A stretch of 64,000 nt of DNA from Eledone cirrhosa (lineage: Eukaryota). Shown here piece after piece: positions 1-14,160 of this stretch. The notes beneath the pieces were generated by a model. The model saw only the letters and a list, made by a program, of their open reading frames with translations, was not told the origin of the DNA and did not search any database. Positions within the stretch are counted from its first letter, which is position 1, and each line of letters begins with the position of its first letter. The position numbers and the translations under genes are program-made. The DNA lies in assembly GCA_964016885.1 (NCBI GenBank), contig OZ024761.1, positions 27,280,001 through 27,344,000 on the forward strand, written 5' to 3'.

Positions 1-63
1 CAAGAAAAAGGAGAAAAAGACTGCTGCGTTGTTGATGATTGGTGGATATGGTGGGTGGTTGTG

Positions 64-1262
64 TTAGGTGGTTGTGTGGGTGGTTGTGTGGGTGGTTGTG
101 TGGATGGCTGTGGGTGGTTGTAACGATGGTTGTGGGAATGGTTGTGTGAGTGTGGGAATGGTTGTGGGGATGGTTGTGTCTGTGGGTGTATAAGTGGTGA
201 TGTAATGATGGTTGTGTGGGAGGTTGTTGAGATGGTTATGTTGGTGGGTATGGGGATGGTTGTGTGAGTGGTGATGTAACGATGGTTGTGTGAGTGAGTG
301 TGTTGGTGGTTGTAGTGATGTTGTTTGGATGGTTGTAACGATGGTTGTGAGGGTAGTTGTTGTGATGTTGTAACGATGGTTGTGAGGGTGGTTGTTGTGA
401 TGTAACGATGGTTGTGAGGGTGGTTGTAGTGATGTTGTAACGATGGTTGTGAGGGTGGTTGTTGTGATGTTGTAACGATGGTTGTGAGGGTGGTTGTTGT
501 GATGTTGTAACGATGGTTGTGAGGGTGGTTGTTGTGATGTTGTAACGATGGTTGTGAGGGTGGTTGTAGTGATGTTGTAACGATGGTTGTGAGGGTGGTT
601 GTTGTGATGTTGTAACGATGGTTGTGAGGGTGGTTGTTGTGATGTTGTAACGATGGTTGTGAGGGTGGTTGTTGTGATGTTGTAACGATGGTTGTGAGGG
701 TGGTTGTAGTGATGTTGTAACGATGGTTGTGAGGGTGGTTGTAGTGATGTTGTAACGATGGTTGTGAGGGTGGTTGTTGTGATGTTGTAACGATGGTTGT
801 GAGGGTGGTTGTTGTGATGTTGTAACGATGGTTGTGAGGGTGGTTGTTGTGATGTTGTAACGATGGTTGTGAGGGTGGTTGTAGTGATGTTGTAACGATG
901 GTTGTGAGGGTGGTTGTAGTGATGTTGTAACGATGGTTGTGAGGATGGTTGAGAGTGATGTTGTAACGATGGTTGTGAGGGTGGTTGTTGTGATGTTGTA
1001 ACGATGGTTGTGAGGGTGGTTGTTGTGATGTTGTAACGATGGTTGTGAGGGTGGTTGTAGTGATGTTGTAACGATGGTTGTGAGGGTGGTTGTTGTGATG
1101 TTGTAACGATGGTTGTGAGGGTGGTTGTTGTGATGCTGTAACGATGGTTGTGAGGGTGGTGGTTGTGATTTAACGATGGTTGTGAGGGTGGTTGTAGTGA
1201 TGTTGTAACGATGGTTGTTGTGTAACGATTGGTTGTTGTGCGGTTGTAACGATGGTTGTGAG
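64..1262. repeat. 35-bp minisatellite (GTTGTAACGATGGTTGTGAGGGTGGTTGTWGTGAT)n, degenerate towards its 5' end
   Basis: Unit read directly; the 35-aa periodicity of the spurious ORFs (3 x 35 nt) agrees with the unit length. Confidence 0.95.
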
Positions 1263-1349
1263 GATATTTGCATGAATTTAGAAAAAGACGCATAAGAACA
1301 GCAAAGATATGGGATATCTAGATACTAATTGGTTCAAATATATGTATAT

Positions 1350-2489
1350 ACAATGTATGTATGATATCTATTCAACGTATCTACCGTTAGCTTCAATACG
1401 GGGTCTGAAGCGTTAGGATACCCGAATTAGATGACCTCTATTTCTGCTGGACATTGTGCTGGTAATGGTAGACTTGAGAGATTTTATAGTGTTGTCAGGG
1501 TGATAATTGACCTCTCTTTCAACTACGTTTCATACGTAATAGTCCAGGGGATTGAGGTCTCGTGAGCCAGGAAACCATGTGTCAGGAAGAGCATGGTCAT
1601 GGAGATTGTCATGCATCCGTGCTTGTGTCGTTTTGGCCTTATGAGAGGGCACAGAGTCTTGTTGGTAGACGAACGGTCTTCCATTGCTTACTCTGACTAT
1701 ACAGGGCTCCACAATATTGACATCAACAACTCTTTGTATAGAGTAGCGTTGTCTTTTAATTCTTGAGAAAACAACGAGGAGGCATGACATCTCTGTCGTT
1801 GCTGACAACACCCAGAACTATCATAGTAGCTGGAAATTTGGTGTTCATGACCGTTGGAACCTAATTTGGGTCTCTGCATAGCCATCTATCGTTCCTTCGG
1901 TTTACCTTTTGGTCCTGATCAAAGTTTTTCTCATCAGAAAAGAACCAAAGCATTCAAACTTCTTGCTGTTTCATCTAACTTAATAAGCACTTTGCACGGA
2001 CCAAACGATAGTTTTTTGTCACACCTGACATAAACTAGCCTCTCTGAATAATATACGACTTGTATCAGATGTTTTCATGAAGAACTCTTCTGACGGTGCA
2101 TTCTGAAACCTTAAGGTCCTTTGCGATGGCTCTGATTGACATTCCTGGGGATTTATCGGTTAATCTTTGAACTTTGTGTTAAAAACTTAGGTGTTTTCAT
2201 TGTATTAGGACATCATGGATGGGTTTTACGCTTAGCTGTTGATTTTGGATCCCCGTCAGCAGCTTCCAGATCCTTCCTAACGTTGGCGAAGAAGGATTGG
2301 GAAAGATTCTAGAAGGAAGCTATCGCTGTATCACTATGGTGTGCTTTTAAAGCAACAATTACAACAAACATTTCATTTGTCGAGTTAATTTAATGTCTGG
2401 CATTATTGATCTGAAAAATTAGATGAAATAAGTTAGTAAGAAGAAAGTTAGAGCTCAAGAAAGAGGTGTCCTCAAAAACCTGACGCACC

Positions 2490-2492
<3 letters not shown>
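1350..2492 (-). mobile_element. Degenerate Tc1/mariner DNA transposon, DD37D (maT-like) transposase pseudogene
   Basis: Minus-strand motifs WFFSDEKNF (~1923-1949), QQDSVPSHKAK...WFPGSRDLNPLDYYV (37 residues between 2nd and 3rd D) and C-terminal FRPRIEANGRYVE*. Terminus TA|CAGGGTGCGTCAGG at 2492 abuts (TA)n. Left TIR not recognisable. Confidence 0.85.
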
Positions 2493-2585
<93 letters not shown>

Positions 2586-2589
2586 AAAT

Positions 2590-2808
2590 AGAGGTGTAAC
2601 ACACGAGTTGTGATATATTAGTAAAAGGAAAAGAAAATGCTGACAAATTTTTCCCAGTGAAAAATAGTTTAATTAGGAATAAGTATAAATTAGTAATAAG
2701 TATTGGTTAGTATACAGTTTTGGTTTTAAGTTTTTACCGGTTGCGCAACCGGTAAAAACGTAAAACTAAAACTGAATACTAACCAATACTTATTACTAAT
2801 TTATACTT
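2590..2808. mobile_element. Penelope-like fold-back insert: 128-bp near-perfect palindrome (2681-2808) plus single-copy tail
   Basis: Arms centre on TTGC|GCAA (2744/2745). Tail motif AACACACGAGTTG is shared with the 3' end of the GIY-YIG element (~45737). Flanked by (TA)n. Confidence 0.7.
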
Positions 2809-2810
2809 GT

Positions 2811-5152
<2,342 letters not shown>

Positions 5153-5328
5153 CCATTATTGCTCGAACTGCAGTCCATCTCGTTTAATGTGTTTATGTCT
5201 GCTACATCAGTTAATGTTATTACTCGCTCAATAAGATATACACATACAGACACCAACCAGTTTTGATTAGTTCAACATACACCAGCCCAGCATTGCTTAC
5301 ACCACCAACAAACACGATGTAGAAATCT

Positions 5329-7665
5329 ATGTTTCTCTTTCTGTCTGCCTCATTTTCAGTCTATCTGGACCTTGGCAGTGGTAAAGGCGGAGCGTTTAGG
5401 TTGGTAGCCGCCTACGGCCCTTTCGGGTCAATGCGGCCGGACTTCTTCCATCGTCTGGAGACTTTTCTAGGGACGTCCCGCTCCTTGCTATTAGTGGGGG
5501 ACTGGAATGGTATCCTAGATGCACGCTGGGACTACGTAGGGGCCTGCCCCGATAGAGAGGGGTGTAATAGCCTCAAAGGGTTAATCGGTCGATTTGACCT
5601 GGCCGATAGATATCGACTAGATTTTCCGACTGCGCCAACCTGGACTTGGGCAAATCGTAGCGGATCATCTAGGTCGTACCTAGATAGGTTCTTAGTTAGA
5701 ATTAAGGATAAGGACTTTTTAAGTTGTCCAAAAATGCGCATGGTTGGCTATTCAGACCACAAATTAGTGACCTGCATGGTCAACCTTGACAGAACTCATA
5801 GACAGGGCCCCGGTTACTGGAAGCTCAACTTGTCCTTGCCGGCAAGTAGAGCCTACAGGAATCGGATTAGTACGTTAGTTAAGGAACGGTTGACTGGAGC
5901 GATCGTCAACAGCAGGTGGTGGGTATCTCTAAAGAGAGAGATTAGAGTAGTCTCGATAGAATTTAGTAAGGTTCTAGCTGCGGATAGGAATAGGAAGGAA
6001 AGGGAGCTAATAGATAGAGTAGAAGAGGCAATTAGAAGCGGCGACGTGGCCAGAGTGCTAGCGTCGAGAACGGCTTTGAGCCAGTTTTTCGACGCGAAGC
6101 ACGAAGGCTGCGTTGTCCGAAGTAAAATACGTGCTCTAGGGAACGAGGGGACCAAAGCTGTTAGCTGGGCCCGCGTGACAGAGGCCAACAGTGGAACTAA
6201 ATCAACCATCCGGTCTTTGCGAGACCTGGATGGACGAGCGATTCTTGAGCCTAAGCAGATGTGTGAGGCCTTTCAAAGGCACTTTGCCCGACTGTTCGGG
6301 AGGGGCGGGGAGCCGGTTGGGAACGTGGACTTCGGTCCATACCTCGACGGCCTGCCGCGCCTCTCGGACAGGGAGGCGAAGTCCTGCGAGGAGCCGATTT
6401 CGGCCGCTGAGATAGAGGACGTGCTGAGCCAATGCGGCAAACGCAAATCCCCGGGTCTCGATGGTCTTCCTTACGAATTATATCTAGCTATGCCGGACTT
6501 GTTCCCCGATCTCCTCGAGGTGGTCTACTGCAACTGGCAACAGAACGGGAGAATTCCCTGTACTGTGACCAAGGGCGTAGTCACGCTAGTGAGGAAGGAC
6601 GAGAACAAGGGGGACGAAATAAGTAACTTCAGGCCCATAACACTGCTAAATACAGAGTTACAGATTTTGGCCAAGGTGCTAGCAAAGAGGTTGGCGCTTG
6701 TCGTGGGCAACCTGGTGGGAGATGCGCAGACATGCGCTATCCCGTCTAGGTCCATCCATGACAACCTCCACCTCATGCGATACATCATAGAGAGGGTTGG
6801 GAACGAACCCGGCTTTGGTGGGGCTCTGATCAACTTGGATCAATCTAAGGCGTTCGATAGGGTCGACCATGGTTACCTGGATGCGGTGCTAGCGGCGGCA
6901 GGCTTCGGACCCGTTTTCAGGGGCTGGATCACTGCTATGCACAGCAGCCGCATCTGCTCTAGGGTCAAGGTGAACGGCTACCTCTCGGAGCCGTTCAAAA
7001 TCGTGCGGTCCATCCGACAAGGGTGCCCTCTCTCCTCCCTTCTGTATGTGTTGACTCTAGAGCCACTACTGCGGAAGTTGGAGTTGTTGCAGGGCATCCC
7101 TTTGGAACCGGGATTGCGGAAAGCGGTGTCGGCCTACGCCGATGACGTGACAGTAATGGTGTCGACGGCCTCCGAAATCGAGGCGGTCGGCACCTTACTG
7201 GAGGAGTACGAAAAGTTCACAGGGGCTAAGCTGAACCGGGACAAGTCGATCGGTTTGCAACTCGGCACGTGGAGGGGCAGACCGATGCCCTCCAATGGCG
7301 TCGTCGGACGCTGGACGGTGGGCCCGGTGAAGTTGCTCGGGGTCTGGTTCGGACCGGACCTCCAGGTGGAGAAAAACTGGGCGGAGGTTACGAACAGGGT
7401 GTTTGCACTGACCCAGAAGTGGGCCAGTTGCAAACTATCCCTGAAAGGTCGGGCGGAGGTGGCGAACACCTACATAGCGTCCGTCATCTACTACCGCCTG
7501 ACCGTAGTGCCCTGCCCAAGGGAAACCCTCACCAAGATGGAGCGCGCGCTCTTCCAATTCCTTTGGAAGAGGCGGGCTCCTATGGTGAGGAGATCCATCT
7601 GCTGTCAACACCCTTCGAAAGGAGGGCTGGGGATGCCGTGGCTAATGATGGCTAATGATGCGTAA
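5329..7665 (+). CDS. LINE ORF2 part 1 (partial APE endonuclease + reverse transcriptase); first ~10 codons are flanking DNA
   Basis: 778-aa ORF with canonical EN and RT motifs; GC-rich relative to flanks. Confidence 0.92.
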   Translation: MFLFLSASFSVYLDLGSGKGGAFRLVAAYGPFGSMRPDFFHRLETFLGTSRSLLLVGDWNGILDARWDYVGACPDREGCNSLKGLIGRFDLADRYRLDFPTAPTWTWANRSGSSRSYLDRFLVRIKDKDFLSCPKMRMVGYSDHKLVTCMVNLDRTHRQGPGYWKLNLSLPASRAYRNRISTLVKERLTGAIVNSRWWVSLKREIRVVSIEFSKVLAADRNRKERELIDRVEEAIRSGDVARVLASRTALSQFFDAKHEGCVVRSKIRALGNEGTKAVSWARVTEANSGTKSTIRSLRDLDGRAILEPKQMCEAFQRHFARLFGRGGEPVGNVDFGPYLDGLPRLSDREAKSCEEPISAAEIEDVLSQCGKRKSPGLDGLPYELYLAMPDLFPDLLEVVYCNWQQNGRIPCTVTKGVVTLVRKDENKGDEISNFRPITLLNTELQILAKVLAKRLALVVGNLVGDAQTCAIPSRSIHDNLHLMRYIIERVGNEPGFGGALINLDQSKAFDRVDHGYLDAVLAAAGFGPVFRGWITAMHSSRICSRVKVNGYLSEPFKIVRSIRQGCPLSSLLYVLTLEPLLRKLELLQGIPLEPGLRKAVSAYADDVTVMVSTASEIEAVGTLLEEYEKFTGAKLNRDKSIGLQLGTWRGRPMPSNGVVGRWTVGPVKLLGVWFGPDLQVEKNWAEVTNRVFALTQKWASCKLSLKGRAEVANTYIASVIYYRLTVVPCPRETLTKMERALFQFLWKRRAPMVRRSICCQHPSKGGLGMPWLMMANDA

Positions 7666-8791
7666 ACACGCATTAAGGCTACGGCACCTCTACGTATTCC
7701 TCACCGGACAACCGGTGTGGGCCTCGTTTGTGAGACGAACCTTTCCCAGACTCGTCTCACTCACCGAGCTGCAATCCTGGGTCAAGCAAAGACCGAGAAA
7801 ACTGGGCGCCTGGCACACTGAGTGTGCCCAGGCGCTCACCGCCCTCTGGCAGGCGGATCCGGTTATCAGTGGAGACTCCACCGCAACATTCTATAGAGGG
7901 CTGGTACGCAGCAGGTGCGACGACGCCCTCGGAGAAGCCCTAGACATGGAGGAGGACGAACTGGCCAGCCTGTTCGGTAGGACATTCAGCCCGGGACCTA
8001 TGGACAACTTCCAGAAGTCCCTGGCCTGGCAGTGCTACCGAGGGGCTTTACCCGTTCGAGAAAGGCTCTACAGACACGGGCGCCCGGGTAGGGACCCCGC
8101 CAAAAAGATCTGTCCCAGATGCGTGTGCGACGAGGAAACCGTTGCACACGCATTGGTACACTGCGCGGGCGTAGCCGATCTGTGGGGCTATGTCGAACAA
8201 CTGCTGTCAAGGGTGGGACCGATCCGGTTGACCACCGAGTCTATTGTAATGATCAAGCCGCCTCCCCCCTTCAAAGATGAAGCAGAGGCGGTGTTTCTGT
8301 GCGTAATAGCCATGGCGAAAGAGGTTGTATGGTGGACGCGTCTGAAAGGACTGAGGTCAGGCACCTTTCTCTCTGGCCAACAACTGGTCCGTTTCTTCCG
8401 ATATCATTTCGGAAGAAGGATCAGGATGGAGAGAGAGGTGCTGCACCCCAGCCGTTTCTATGAAAGATGGGTGAAAGTGGCGAGAATGGCCCGTGTGAAT
8501 GGGCCTTCACTCTACATCAGACTATAGGTGAGGAAGATGAAAGACCAAGGGAGCACCCCTTCTCTGTGCTCCTGAGGAGAAGGGTTGCACACTTTTTTTC
8601 GGGGGTGTGTGCGACCCCCCAAGGCGCCTCCTCTCTATTGAGGATTTTGTTAAAAATTTTATTTTTTGTTATATCTTATTTTATTTTTATATTTTGTTAT
8701 TGCCTCCTCCTTATTGAGGACGCCTTTTTGTGTAAACTCCCCCCATTGTACTTGTCCCACTTTTGATGCCCTAGTGGCAAATAAAAGAAAC
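5360..8791 (+). mobile_element. 5'-truncated L1/Tx1-clade non-LTR retrotransposon inserted in (TATC)n
   Basis: APE endonuclease remnant (GDWN, SYLDRF, SDH), RT (SPGLDG, NFRPITLLN, DQSKAFDRV, RQGCPLS, YADD) and C-terminal CCHC (CPRC...HALVHC). 3' UTR ends AATAAAAGAAA then (TATC)n; CTATCT at the 5' junction. Confidence 0.93.
7655..8527 (+). CDS. LINE ORF2 part 2 (zf-RVT / CCHC C-terminus), frameshifted from part 1
   Basis: Contains W...GALPV..RL and CPRC..DEETVAHALVHC. Frame break is caused by the GCTAATGATG duplication at 7641-7660. Confidence 0.9.
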   Translation: MMRKHALRLRHLYVFLTGQPVWASFVRRTFPRLVSLTELQSWVKQRPRKLGAWHTECAQALTALWQADPVISGDSTATFYRGLVRSRCDDALGEALDMEEDELASLFGRTFSPGPMDNFQKSLAWQCYRGALPVRERLYRHGRPGRDPAKKICPRCVCDEETVAHALVHCAGVADLWGYVEQLLSRVGPIRLTTESIVMIKPPPPFKDEAEAVFLCVIAMAKEVVWWTRLKGLRSGTFLSGQQLVRFFRYHFGRRIRMEREVLHPSRFYERWVKVARMARVNGPSLYIRL

Positions 8792-8792
8792 A

Positions 8793-8876
<84 letters not shown>

Positions 8877-8894
8877 CATCTATCTATCTATGCA

Positions 8895-9048
8895 TCTGTG
8901 TGTGTGCGACCCCCAAAACCCCTCCTCCCTATTGAGGACTTTATTTTAAATTTTATATTTGTTATTTGTTTTTTACTCGTTCTTTTGTGTAAACTCCCTC
9001 CCCTTGTATTTGGCCCCTTCTTTTGTGCCCTGGTGGCAATAAATAGAA

Positions 9049-9050
<2 letters not shown>
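8895..9050 (+). mobile_element. Short 3'-UTR copy of the (TATC)n-associated L1/Tx1 family
   Basis: Matches 8605-8790 (GTGTGCGACCCCC..CCTC..CTATTGAGGA..TGTGTAAACTCCC..GTGGCAATAAA); flanked by (TATC)n on both sides. Confidence 0.85.
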
Positions 9051-9140
<90 letters not shown>

Positions 9141-9331
9141 GTCTGTCTGTCGGTCTGTCTATCTCTGTGTATCTAACCTATCTACTTGCCAACCTAACCC
9201 CACTCTCTCTCTCTATATATATATATGTATATGTATGTATATATATATATATGTATATGTGTGTATATATATATATATGTATATGTATATATATACATGT
9301 ATATGTATATATATATATGTATATATACATG

Positions 9332-9383
<52 letters not shown>

Positions 9384-9388
<5 letters not shown>

Positions 9389-9568
9389 AGTTATTCCGGG
9401 TTGAATCGGAGGTAACCACAGTATGTAAGGTACTCAATACATAGCAGAGTATAAAAGTTTTAATATAGATGAGATTCTACAGGACTAGAACTGTTTCATT
9501 CTTTAGAAATCATCAGGAATCCTGATGATTTCTAAAGAATGAAACAGTTCCAGTCCTGTAGAACCTCA

Positions 9569-9575
<7 letters not shown>
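9384..9575 (-). mobile_element. Penelope-like fold-back insert, family A, with hammerhead ribozyme
   Basis: Inverted arms 9463-9517 / 9521-9575. Minus strand reads GATTC-CTGATGA-TTTCTAAAGAAT-GAA-ACAG..CTGT-A-GAATC. Tail at 9384-9460; in (TA)n. Confidence 0.85.
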
Positions 9576-9631
<56 letters not shown>

Positions 9632-9863
9632 ATGTATATATATATATATATATATGGAGGAAGTTATAGTTTACTTGAAGCATTGTGTAATGAGGTATAA
9701 ACGTTTGTATAGGTATAATAAAGCCAAAACAATGCAGGTATGGACATAGAATAAAGAATGCAAATGCAAAAGATATTGTTGACAATTAGTCTTTTACCTT
9801 AGATTTATTTAAATGTCCTAAATTATCGAGATAATATCTCTTCTTCGGAGGGAAGTAAAGCGG

Positions 9864-9933
9864 TTAAACCAGTGTTCTAAATAGCTTGCCAAGTCAAGCT
9901 TGACTTGGCAAGCTATTTAGAACACTGGTTTAA
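9864..9933. repeat. Perfect 70-bp palindrome centred on AAG|CTT
   Basis: TTAAACCAGTGTTCTAAATAGCTTGCCAAGTCAAG followed by its exact reverse complement. Confidence 0.95.
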
Positions 9934-9946
9934 ACAGACTCACACA

Positions 9947-10006
<60 letters not shown>

Positions 10007-10037
10007 TAAGAGGAATTCCAACTTTGTCTGATTTACT

Positions 10038-10144
<107 letters not shown>

Positions 10145-10646
10145 TATATATATATACATACATATATATAATATATATATATAGTATGGTTGTTAACTAT
10201 ATCTACATATATATAGTTTCGACTATTGTTTAACTGTTTTAATCTAATATTACAAGTATGTTTTTTCCTTAATCACTTTACCTCTGTGTATAGATCACTT
10301 TGTGTTTGTATACATCAGTACATGAATAATCTCTGTTACTCTTTCTGTGTATTTGTAGTTGTCTGTCTGGCCTTGTGTGATTATCCCCCTTTCTCCCCCT
10401 TCTTTGCATATATATATATATATATATTCACACATATATATTTATATAGAGAGACACACAGACGCGTACATATAAACATATTTGTAATATATACAAATAT
10501 TCATATTTAATATAATACATAACTTTATAATATAATATAAATACATATGTTTGTATATATATATATACATAAATACATATGCATATATATATATATATAT
10601 GCATATATATATATCTGTCTATCTATCTATCAGTCTCTATATATAA

Positions 10647-10734
<88 letters not shown>

Positions 10735-10857
10735 ATATATGTGTGTGTGTGAGTGTGTGTGTGTGTGTGCGTGTGTGTCTGTTGGTAGAACAATCCTTGA
10801 GTAGCTGTTGGTGCTAGAAATACATCCTTGATGGACTTGTCCACTATAATATGTACG

Positions 10858-10923
<66 letters not shown>

Positions 10924-11033
10924 CATACATACATGCATATACATATATATATATTTCGGCTCTGTAATATACTTGTTATTTCACATTGCTCTAATCTCAA
11001 ACTTGTAATTGGATAATATTTGATATTACCCAC

Positions 11034-11109
<76 letters not shown>

Positions 11110-11182
11110 AAAATAATAATATTATAATATCAAATAAAATTGTTTAGAACTACAAGTGAAGACATTCTATTCCTCTTTTTGA

Positions 11183-11332
<150 letters not shown>

Positions 11333-11430
11333 GTTTTATTATATTTCCCTGGTAGACATGTCAGCCTACTTCTACAACATTACTGATATAAAACAAGTCA
11401 AACAAACAGTAATACTCTCTCAATTGTAAA

Positions 11431-12075
11431 GGCGCGTATGTTAGTGGTTAGAGTGCTGGGCTGCAGATCACAAGATCGTGGGTTCGATTCCTGGATAAAG
11501 TGACGTAATACATCCTTGAGCACAAGCCATTATATTTCAAGGTGCTCATTCGTGGGTTCGATTCCTGGATAAAGTGACGTAATATATCCTTGAGCACAAG
11601 CCATTATGTTTGTGCTCGTTCGTGGGTTCGATTCCTGGATAAAGTGACGTAATATATCCTGGAGCACAAGCCATTATGTTTCAAGGTGCTCGTTCGTGGG
11701 TTCGATTCCTGGATAAAGTGACGTAATATATCCTTGAGCACAAGCCATTATATTTCAAGGTGCTCGTTCGTGGGTTCGATTCCTGGATAAAGTGACGTAA
11801 TATATCCTTGAGCACAAGTCATTATGTTTCAAGGTGCTCGTTCGTGGGTTCGATTCCTGGATAAAGTGACGTAATATATCCTTGAGCACAAGTCATTATG
11901 TTTCAAGGTGCTCGTTCGTGGGTTCGATTCCTGGATAAAGTGACGTAATATATCCTTGAGCACAAGCCATTATATTTCAAGGTGCTCGTTCTGCAGGGAA
12001 GTACGAGCAGTAACTAGTATCAGCAATGGAAAGACCAATGGGAATATTGTTTCCTTGGTCCAATCTGACGATTGC
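11431..12075 (+). mobile_element. tRNA-derived SINE whose B-box/core segment is amplified as 7 tandem ~74-bp units
   Basis: A-box-like TTAGTGGTTAGAGTG head. Units start at 11476, 11550, 11620, 11694, 11768, 11842, 11916, each with GGTTCGATTCC. An unamplified relative lies at 20895-21080. Confidence 0.85.
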
Positions 12076-12270
12076 AACCTCTTTTTGCTTTTCAAATTTG
12101 AAGCCAGGTGGCTTAGTGGTTAGGGTGTGTGCTTCATGATCATAAGGTTGTTAGTTCGGTTCTCAGCGGTGCTTTCTATCCTTAAAGAAAACGTTTTATG
12201 TCATATTGTTCCCTCTGCCATGAGTTGTGACTATCAGATAGTATCAACAATGAAAGGTTTAACGGAAATA

Positions 12271-12352
<82 letters not shown>

Positions 12353-12465
12353 TTTACATGTAGTTGTTTTTAAGTTAACAATACATTTGCTTTAGTAGTA
12401 AAAATGTATATAATGTATATTTATTATATATTTAATAATAAGCACATACAAAAACACACACACAC

Positions 12466-12503
<38 letters not shown>

Positions 12504-12658
12504 CTTAAAAACTATATATTCCATTAATTATATCTACAGAGAAAATACATGAAAATGTCAGGTTTATATTTTAGTTATTGTAATATATATTTATTCCACC
12601 AAATGAAACAGTATGTATGATATCGTGTTCAATTTCTCCTAGCTCTCGAAGAATTAAC

Positions 12659-12742
12659 TCTCCCTTGAAGAGTATGGCGGTCTTTTCAATTATTGGTGGT
12701 TCCAATAAGAAGGCTTCCCCATACGAAACCATGGTAGGGAGA
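12659..12742 (+). ncRNA. Type I hammerhead ribozyme motif (C3>U, long stem II)
   Basis: TCTCCC-TTGAAGA-GTATGG...CCATAC-GAAACCATGGTA-GGGAGA: stem I TCTCCC/GGGAGA, palindromic stem III ACCATGGT. Confidence 0.7.
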
Positions 12743-12917
12743 TCTATATATAAGCGAGTTTAGATGGAATATTTTTGTTTATCTTGTTTGTACTCCCATA
12801 AATAGAGTTTTTTTCTCAATTATGCACGTTGAGAGCATGAATACCGTTCGAAAATCGATATCCGTACAGTGAAAATACATGGGTGAATTAGTGCCTTCAG
12901 AGCCAAAAGAAAGGATG

Positions 12918-12949
<32 letters not shown>

Positions 12950-12956
<7 letters not shown>

Positions 12957-13140
12957 AAAAAGAGATGAAATCGAAAATGCAACTGGAGTCTTATTTTTTA
13001 AAAAAATATATAAATAAAAATATATATATTTAAAAAAAAAATAAGACTCCAGTTGCATTTTCGATTTCATCACTTTTTCTTTATACTTTCACTCGTGTAG
13101 GACACCTCGGTTATTTTTCAATTTGTAAAAAAAACCTCAC

Positions 13141-13145
<5 letters not shown>
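12950..13145. mobile_element. Fold-back insert with Penelope-like tail
   Basis: Arms GATGAAATCGAAAATGCAACTGGAGTCTTATTTTTT and its reverse complement at ~13035-13071. Tail ACTCGTGTAGGACACCTC resembles the tails at 2591 and 45737. Confidence 0.6.
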
Positions 13146-13232
<87 letters not shown>

Positions 13233-13249
13233 ACGTACATAAAGAATGG

Positions 13250-13400
13250 ATGTCTATAGTTTCCCTTTACCTCATTTCACTGACGAGACATTAGTCAACC
13301 CGAGGCTGTAGTTGAAGGCACTTTTCCAAGATGTTGCGAAGTGGGATTGAACATATAACCACGTGTGGCTGCAAAGAGAAATCCTTAACCACACAGCCAT
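13250..13400 (-). mobile_element. tRNA-derived SINE (ATGGCTGTGTGGTTAAG head); second partial copy at ~25195-25290 (+)
   Basis: Minus-strand A-box TGGCTGTGTGGTT, B-box GTTCAATCCC and core-like CTTGGAAAAGTGCCTT. Confidence 0.75.
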
Positions 13401-13592
13401 ATATAACTAGAACCTACTGTAAGGTATCTTAGACAATAAAGAGTTAAGAATTCATATTTTATGTTTTCTTTTGAATTAAAAGAAAAAAAGAAGAAACTGA
13501 GTGTGTGTGGCTGAGCCCTTCATTCTTGACATGACGCTAACTATTGAGTTATTCCTCCTTTGTAGGTTGCAGCCATCACCGGATTAGAACCC

Positions 13593-13808
13593 ATTATATA
13601 TTATATTATATTATATTATATTATATTATATTATATTATATTATATTATATTATATTATATTATATTATATTATATTATATTATATTATATTATATTATA
13701 TTATATTATATTATATTATATTATATTATATTATATTATATTATATTATATTATATTATATTATATTATATTATATTATATTATATTATATTATATTATA
13801 TTATATTA
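13593..13808. repeat. (ATATT)n pentanucleotide microsatellite
   Basis: Direct reading. Confidence 0.97.
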
Positions 13809-13809
13809 A

Positions 13810-14160
13810 GGGCGGTGGATTGGCAGTATCGGTAAAGAGTCGGGCGCCATGCTTTGACGCATAGAGTTACGACACTTGCCATTCTGAGTTCAAATCCCGC
13901 CAATGTTAACTTCGCCTTTCATCCTTACGGGGTCGATAAAATAAAGTACCAGTAATGTACTGGGTAATTGCTGGCCTTGTGCCAAAAGTAGAAACAATTA
14001 GAGTCGGACGCCATGCTTTCCAGCATAGTTACGTCCCTTTACGGTCTGAGTTCAAATCCCGCCGAGGTTAACTTTGCCTTTCATCCTTACGGGGTCGATA
14101 AAATAAAGTACCAGTAATGTACTGGGTAATTGCTGGCCTTGTGCCAAAAGTAGAAACAAT
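13810..14160 (+). mobile_element. Two tandem tRNA-derived SINEs with Nin/Deu-like central domain
   Basis: TGGCAGTATCGGT A-box, GAGTTCAAATCCC B-box, GCCTTTCATCCTTACGGGGTCGATAAAATAAAGTACCAG domain, tail TGTGCCAAAAGTAGAAACAATTA. Confidence 0.85.

Noticed and set aside
64-1293. 409-aa and 345-aa Thr/His-rich ORFs
   Set aside because: Translation of a stop-free 35-bp minisatellite; the unit is not a multiple of 3 and the same peptide cycles through all frames.
1925-1945. CTGATGA on the minus strand as a hammerhead core
   Set aside because: It encodes the SDE of the transposase FSDEK motif; no stems or correctly placed GAAA.
11431-11495. tRNA gene (also 20895 and 58350)
   Set aside because: A/B boxes are present but there is no complete cloverleaf, and SINE body sequence follows.
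11476-11990. CRISPR-like regular array
   Set aside because: Units are contiguous with no unique spacers, derive from a SINE, and there are no cas genes; eukaryotic context.
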